Below, in pieces: positions 59,064-64,000 of a stretch of DNA of 64,000 nucleotides. How positions within the stretch are numbered: position 1 is the first letter of the stretch; each line of letters begins with the position of its first letter. Source of the DNA: Ostreococcus lucimarinus (Eukaryota); assembly GCA_000092065.1 (NCBI GenBank), contig CP000584.1; one strand, written 5' to 3'. The notes under the pieces were generated by a model. It saw nothing but the letters and a program-made list of their open reading frames with translations, had not been told where the DNA came from and searched no databases. Both the position numbers and the translations under genes were made by a program.

Positions 59064-59960
59064 TTAGAGCTCGTCCTTCGGGGCTTCGGCGGCGCGTTGG
59101 ACGGAGCGCAAGAGGCCAATCTTCGGGGAGACGGCCGCGACGACTTCGTCCTTCTTCGTCTTACCCGCTTCGTATTGCGATTGGAGATCCTTCAAGAGCG
59201 CCTCCAAATCGTCACCGGCTTGCTTCATTTCCGCATCCAACGCGTCGATTTCAGCCGCGAGCGCATCCGGAGTCAACGCTTGCTTTTCCTTGATCAACTT
59301 GGTTTGCTCTTCGTTGCACAAGTCGATGTTTTCGGCGCCGCACGACGGGCCGAGGTTCTCGCTCGCCCACGTTTGGAGCGCCTCAAAGTCGCGGCCGCCT
59401 TGGTACGCGTCACCAGTCGCCGACGTGGCACCGGTGAAGTACTTGAGCGTCGGGTAACCTTGCACGCCGTACTTTTGGCAGAGGGATTCCTGCTTGGTGC
59501 AGTCGACGTCGCCGATGACGACGCCTTCGTTATCGGCGAAAGCCTCACCAAGTTGCTTCCACGCCGGCGCAAGCGCCTTGCAGTGACCACACCTGCGATA
59601 TCTCGAAACATCATCACCCGTCAGTCACCTAGAGTCACTCTCACGCCGCATCAACCGCGCATCGCGTCGCGACCGCCTCGATCGCGACAAGATGCGAGAT
59701 CGCGAGATCGAGATTGGTGTTGGTGGGCAATCGTCCGACGCAGCGACGAATCCGCCCCCCGTCGCGCGTTCGCCGCGCGCGGCGCGAAGCGAGCGATGTA
59801 TCGTCACCTACCAGGGAGCGTAGAACTTGATGAAAGCGCCTTTTCCGCCACCGACTTGGGAATCAAAGTTTTCGGTAGTGAGATCCATGGCGATCGCGTT
59901 CGCGCGACCCGCGAGCGCGAACGCGGCGACGGCGGCGAGGGAGAGCTTGACAGACGGCAT
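59064..59960 (-). CDS. ER-resident thioredoxin-domain protein (PDI family) with a signal peptide, a CGHC active site and a C-terminal KDEL. Exons 59812..59960 and 59064..59592.
   Basis: Exon 1 is MPSVKLSLAAVAAFALAGRANAIAMDLTTENFDSQVGGGKGAFIKFYAPW. Exon 2 is CGHCKALAPAWKQLGEAFADNEGVVIGDVDCTKQESLCQKYGVQGYPTLKYF...KDEL. The TG|GTAGGT donor and CAG|G acceptor complete the Trp codon of the FYAPWCGHC thioredoxin motif. Confidence 0.8.
59593..59811 (-). other. Intron of the thioredoxin/PDI gene (219 bp). Donor GTAGGT, branch GACTGAC 29 nt before acceptor CAG.
   Basis: It is required to join the signal-peptide exon to the CGHC exon in frame. Confidence 0.8.
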
Positions 59961-60210
59961 CGTGTGTTTCGTTCTTGTAGATTTGAGCGTGCGCGTGCGT
60001 CGACGAGATCGGCGCGTGCGTGAGTGACGCGCGTGCCAACGCGAGCGTGACGACATCGTGTCGACACGACGACTCGTATGGGGTTCAGTCTCGCGAGTCG
60101 CGTCGTCGCGTTCGCGAAACGCTCGAGCGAAGCGTTACGACCTACGAACGCATCGAGCGTTACAGTGAGAGCTATATGGAATCGTTCTACGTGCTAGGGC
60201 GTTCGTGACG

Positions 60211-60741
60211 TCACTTTCGCGCGCCGGCGCCTTTTTTCTTCGCGCCCTTCGCGCCCGGCGGCGGCTTCGGTTTCGGATTCGCAGTCGCCGTCGGCTTTGG
60301 TTTCGCCGGCGCCGGCGCCGGCGCCGGTTCTTTCGCCGCGGATGTCGACGTCGATTCTTCAACGGGTGTCTTCGCCTTCGCCGTCGGTTTCTTCGCCTTC
60401 GCCGTCGGTTTCTTCTTCTTCTTCTTCGTCTCCGCGCTCAACCCGTCGAGGTACGCGAGCTGAATCGTTTGATAACTCTTTGAGAACTTACTCGCCTTCT
60501 CCGGTTTCACGAACGTGCTCACCTTGCGCTTCCCATCGCTCGCGCGCACGAGCACGCCGTATTCGCTTCCCGGCGCGCGTATCTCCTCCAGCGTCGGATC
60601 CGGTCGCTTCGTGCCTTTCGGTCGAGGTTTGTTCGTCGGCTTGGTGATCTTCATCACGCACGACACCGACCCTTTCGCGCGCGTGCGCTCGTACAGTTTG
60701 GTGAGTTCGGTGAGAAACGCATCGTTTTCCAACAGCACCAT
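60211..60741 (-). CDS. SRP14: Signal recognition particle 14 kDa protein (SRP14) with a Lys/Ala/Pro-rich C-terminal tail.
   Basis: MVLLENDAFLTELTKLYERTRAKGSVSCVMK...GVLVRASDGKRKVSTFV parallels SRP14 (MVLLESEQFLTELTRLFQKCRSSGSVFITLK...LLRATDGKRKISTVV). The tail is a KKKKKKPTAKAKKPTAKAK basic repeat. The listed ORF continues upstream through junk. Confidence 0.85.
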   Translation of the reverse strand: MVLLENDAFLTELTKLYERTRAKGSVSCVMKITKPTNKPRPKGTKRPDPTLEEIRAPGSEYGVLVRASDGKRKVSTFVKPEKASKFSKSYQTIQLAYLDGLSAETKKKKKKPTAKAKKPTAKAKTPVEESTSTSAAKEPAPAPAPAKPKPTATANPKPKPPPGAKGAKKKGAGARK

Positions 60742-60897
60742 GGTCCTCGGTCCGTCGCGCGCGCGCGCTCGGGATCGATCGGTCGGTCGATCGATCGAAT
60801 CCGCGCCTCGGAGTGACGTTCGATTTCGAATCGCGCGTCGAATCTCGTCCGCACTCGACGACGCGCGACCGCTTCGCGCGCGGTCGTCCACCGCTCG

Positions 60898-63800
60898 ATG
60901 CCGGACGCCGACGCCGGCGACGCCGCGCGTCCGGGCACGCCCGACACCGAGTATCCGTCGAAGAAAGTCGATGAAGCGCGCATGAAGGCGGACGCGCTCG
61001 AGCGCGAACATCTCGCGGTGACGATGCAGCGCAGGCACGACGCGCTGCGGGAAGAGCTCAAGAGCGCGCGGGAAGCGCTGGAGAAAACGACGCAAGAGAA
61101 CGCGCGCGTCGTTCGGGACGCGGAAGCGGCGCGAGAGGCGCTGGAAGCGGCGAAAAAGAGCGAACGCGCGCGACGAGAGGAGTGCGAACGCGCGACGCGG
61201 GAACGCGACGAAGCGCGAAACGCGAAACGGGAGTTGCTCGACGCGAATGATCGCAAGGATCGAGAGCGAGAGTCGATGAAGGCGTCGATGGATGGGTACG
61301 TGCGTGCGCTGGAGGCGGCGACGGAGGGGAAGAACAAGGCTGAGGCGGCGGCGCGCAAGGCGACGGCGGACTCGAGCGGGGCGACGGCGGCGACGGCAAA
61401 GCTCGAGAGCGAGGTGCGCGCGTTGAAGGAACATAACGCGTGGTTGACGCAAGAGCTAGAGGCTAAGTCACAGGCTATTCTGACGTCGACCAAGACGTCC
61501 TCAGCGGAGACGTTGCGGTTAGCGCAAGAATTGGAGAGGGAACGAAACGTCTCCGACGCTCGACGAAAAGAGTCGACCGCTTTGAAGGAACAGAATGCGG
61601 AGGCGGAAGCTAAGCTTTCTACGATTGAAGCCGAGCTTAGGCAATTGCGTGCCGATATGGCACGCGCAGAGGCGAATTTCGAGAAGGAACTCATCACTGC
61701 GCAACGCATCTCGGAAGTGTCCAAGGAACTCGTGACGGAGCGCGACGGGCGCATCAAAGAACTCGAAGCGTCTTTGAGCTCCACCGAGGCACTTCTCGAC
61801 GCAAAAAAGGTTGAGTTCGATGTTGCTCTTGCCGAGGCAAAGCACGCGCAGGCACGCGCCGAAACGGACATGGACAATATGAAGAAGCAAGCGAGCGAAT
61901 CCGTCGTCTCCGCGCGCGAATCGCGGCGCTCGCCCCACGCCGAACAGCTTATGCACCTGTCACCCGCCGCGGGGTCTGTCGCACTTCAACGCGATGGCCT
62001 GTCGGCGACGGATTTGTACACCAAGTACGTCGAGGCGGAAGATGCACTGCGCGTCGAGCGCACCGAGCGCGCCATCTTGCAAGAGCACTTGGACGCGATT
62101 ATGTTTGATCTCGAGAAGAAGGCTCCGCTCCTCACCGAGCAGCAAGAGGAGTACCAGCGTGCGTTGAAATCGCATCAAGTGCTGCAATCGAAGCTACAGG
62201 AGTCTGAAAACGCGCGCTACGCGATTCAGGTTGAACTCAACGCGGCGAACATGAACAAGCGAGATCACGAGCGCTTGCTCAATGGTTTTAAAGCGCAAAG
62301 CGCCGATTTGGCGCGACAAGTCGCGCTCTTGCTGAATGAAGTGAATGAGCTCAAGGGGTGCCCGCCGGTGCCCATTCCTGCCGCCGGCAATCGCGGTGGA
62401 GACGCACAGGCGGTGATTACGTCCAGGCTGGTTGATTTTACAGACATTCAATCTTTACAAGCGAAGAATCAAGAGATGCTCTTCGTCATTCGCGAGTTGT
62501 CCGAGGCGCAAGAAGCCAAATCTACTGATGCGCGCGAGGAATACGAGCAAAAACTGCGCGAACTCAAAGAACAGACGAGTCGTCAGTTGGAGGAGCTGTC
62601 GAGCAAGCGCGTGCAACAAGAAAACATGGTTCAAGCTATCGTGCGTCAACGCGACATGTACAAGACCATGTACGCCGCCGCGACGGGCGGCGGCAACGGC
62701 GACGGCGCCGACGCAAACGATCTCGACAGTCGAAACTCTGAACTCGTCGCCATTGGTAGCGGTAGTGGCGTCGCTATGATGGAAACGAACAACGAGCTCG
62801 TCGCGCTGAACAAGGAACTATCGCACGATTTGGAAAAGCTCAAGCGCGAGAGCGCGGATCGCATCAAGGAGTTGCAGCAGCAAGTGGATAACCATCGAGA
62901 AGCCGCCGCCACAGCGCGAGGGGAGGCCAACGCTGCGAAGGCATCGGCTGAATTCGAACGACAACGATACGAGCGACTGAGCGAACAGTTCAGTGCGTCG
63001 CGGCGTGAAGTTGAGACGTTGACGGAGAGAAGTTCGGCGTTATCTCGTGAGAATGCTTCAAACGCCTCGACGTTGCGCACGCAAGCCGCGAGCTTGGACG
63101 CTTCGGAAGAACGCGCGCGCAACGCACAGACGCTGGTATCCAAGCTTGAAAGCGAAAATGCTTTACTCATCATCGAGCAAACGCGTTTGACCGATATCGT
63201 GAACGCAGCGGAAGAAATCAAGACCAAGCTGGAAGCATCACGCGATTCGGCACTCGCACTTTCAACGACTCGGGAGGAAGAACATCAGCGAGAGTACGCT
63301 CGGCTGACGGACGAAGTCGCTCGGTTGCAACAAGATTACTCGCGCGTGCGATCGGAGCTCGATATCGAACGCGGACGCGCTCGACAGCAGTTAGCGGCGC
63401 ACGCGGCGGCGAGTTCTGACTTTGCACAGCGCGCCAAGGCGGACGTGGACGCCAGCGCAACGCTGAAAGAGCAAACTGCGGAGGCAGAGAAGCGGGCAGA
63501 TATCGCTGAAGCGAAACTCGAGATGATGCAAGCCACGCTCGAAAAGACTGAGGATAAACTGCGACTGGCATCTCGCATGACGGGAACGAGCGAGGCCAAC
63601 GTGCTTGGTTCGGGCGCCGCCGGCGCCCTCACCGCGGCGCGAGAGCAAGAGTTACTTCAAGCCGCGCTGAAAGCGGGCGAAGCTGCCGATGAAGCCAAGG
63701 CTGCAGCAGAAGCTGAAAAGTTACACACGGCACAGTTTAAGAATCTTGCGCAGCAAAGTGACGCCGCACTCAAGGATATGACGAAGGCTTTCGAGAAACA

Positions 63801-64000
63801 CAAGGCGCAGAGCGCAAAGGAGGCGAGCGCACTCAAGTCAGAGTGCGCCAAGCTCAAGGCGCAAGTGGCTGATGCGGCGAAAGCGGTTGACGCCAAGCTC
63901 GCCAAGTCCGTCAAGGAAGCTGAAGATAAGGTTGCGCAATACTCAAAGTTAGAGTCCGAGATGAAAAGCGTTCGCGCCGAACTCGAACGCGCCAAGGGCG
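60898..64000 (+). CDS. Nuclear-basket protein TPR/NUA/Mlp-like, giant coiled-coil. The 5' part continues beyond the window end.
   Basis: [68 protein letters not shown] aligns with the human TPR block [82 protein letters not shown] aligns with [21 protein letters not shown]. The frame stays open to position 64000. The start is Met 60898 or 60982. It is divergent from SRP14. Confidence 0.8.
   Translation, partial: [1034 protein letters not shown]

Noticed and set aside
59052-60023. 323-aa plus-strand ORF
   Set aside because: It is antisense to the PDI-family gene, whose CGHC and KDEL motifs fix the minus strand. It spans that gene's intron without any meaningful sequence.
60654-63995. Series of Ala/Ser-rich minus-strand ORFs (407, 145, 193 and 112 aa)
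   Set aside because: They are antisense images of the TPR/NUA coiled-coil gene, where GAG/GCG/AAG-rich codons give Ser/Ala/Leu on the other strand.
1-64000. Prokaryotic or viral interpretation of the window (operons, defence islands, CRISPR)
   Set aside because: Genes carry spliceosomal introns and transit peptides and are eukaryotic families such as nucleoporin, SRP14, RPL10A, Dof and SART3. The 7-nt and 5-nt tandem repeats are microsatellites without spacer structure, not CRISPR arrays.

Overview
This window reads as GC-rich (estimated ~64% GC) eukaryotic nuclear DNA, not prokaryotic. The evidence is nuclear genes for plastid proteins with N-terminal transit-peptide-like extensions (PRK, Rubisco activase, cpSecY, a BSD2-like zinc-finger protein), spliceosomal introns with canonical GT..AG boundaries, and typical eukaryotic housekeeping genes (RPL10A, SRP14, V-ATPase F, TPR/NUA, SART3, ATG2, Dof). 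Gene density is extreme: about 33 protein-coding genes in 64 kb, mostly single-exon, with many head-to-head pairs whose start codons lie 10-300 bp apart and tail-to-tail pairs 45-60 bp apart. Together with the GC content and short introns, this fits a Mamiellophyceae picoalga, plausibly Micromonas-like; the lineage assignment is an inference. I saw no rRNA, tRNA, CRISPR array or recognisable transposon. Five introns (four well supported, one predicted) share one architecture: a GTGCGY donor (GTAGGT in one case), a CTGAC branch point 25-36 nt upstream of the acceptor, and a YAG acceptor. The most interesting loci are (i) a Rubisco activase ORF that continues into a coiled-coil linker and a C-terminal rhodanese-like domain lacking the catalytic cysteine, (ii) a four-domain voltage-gated cation channel whose pore-loop residues are R/S/D/D instead of the EEEE, DEKA or EEKE rings, (iii) an M23 (LytM-type) peptidase homologue in an alga, and (iv) a protein built from repeated modules with an HGG[YF]xAVA motif. 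Several long ORFs on the opposite strand of real genes are GC-driven artefacts and are rejected below.
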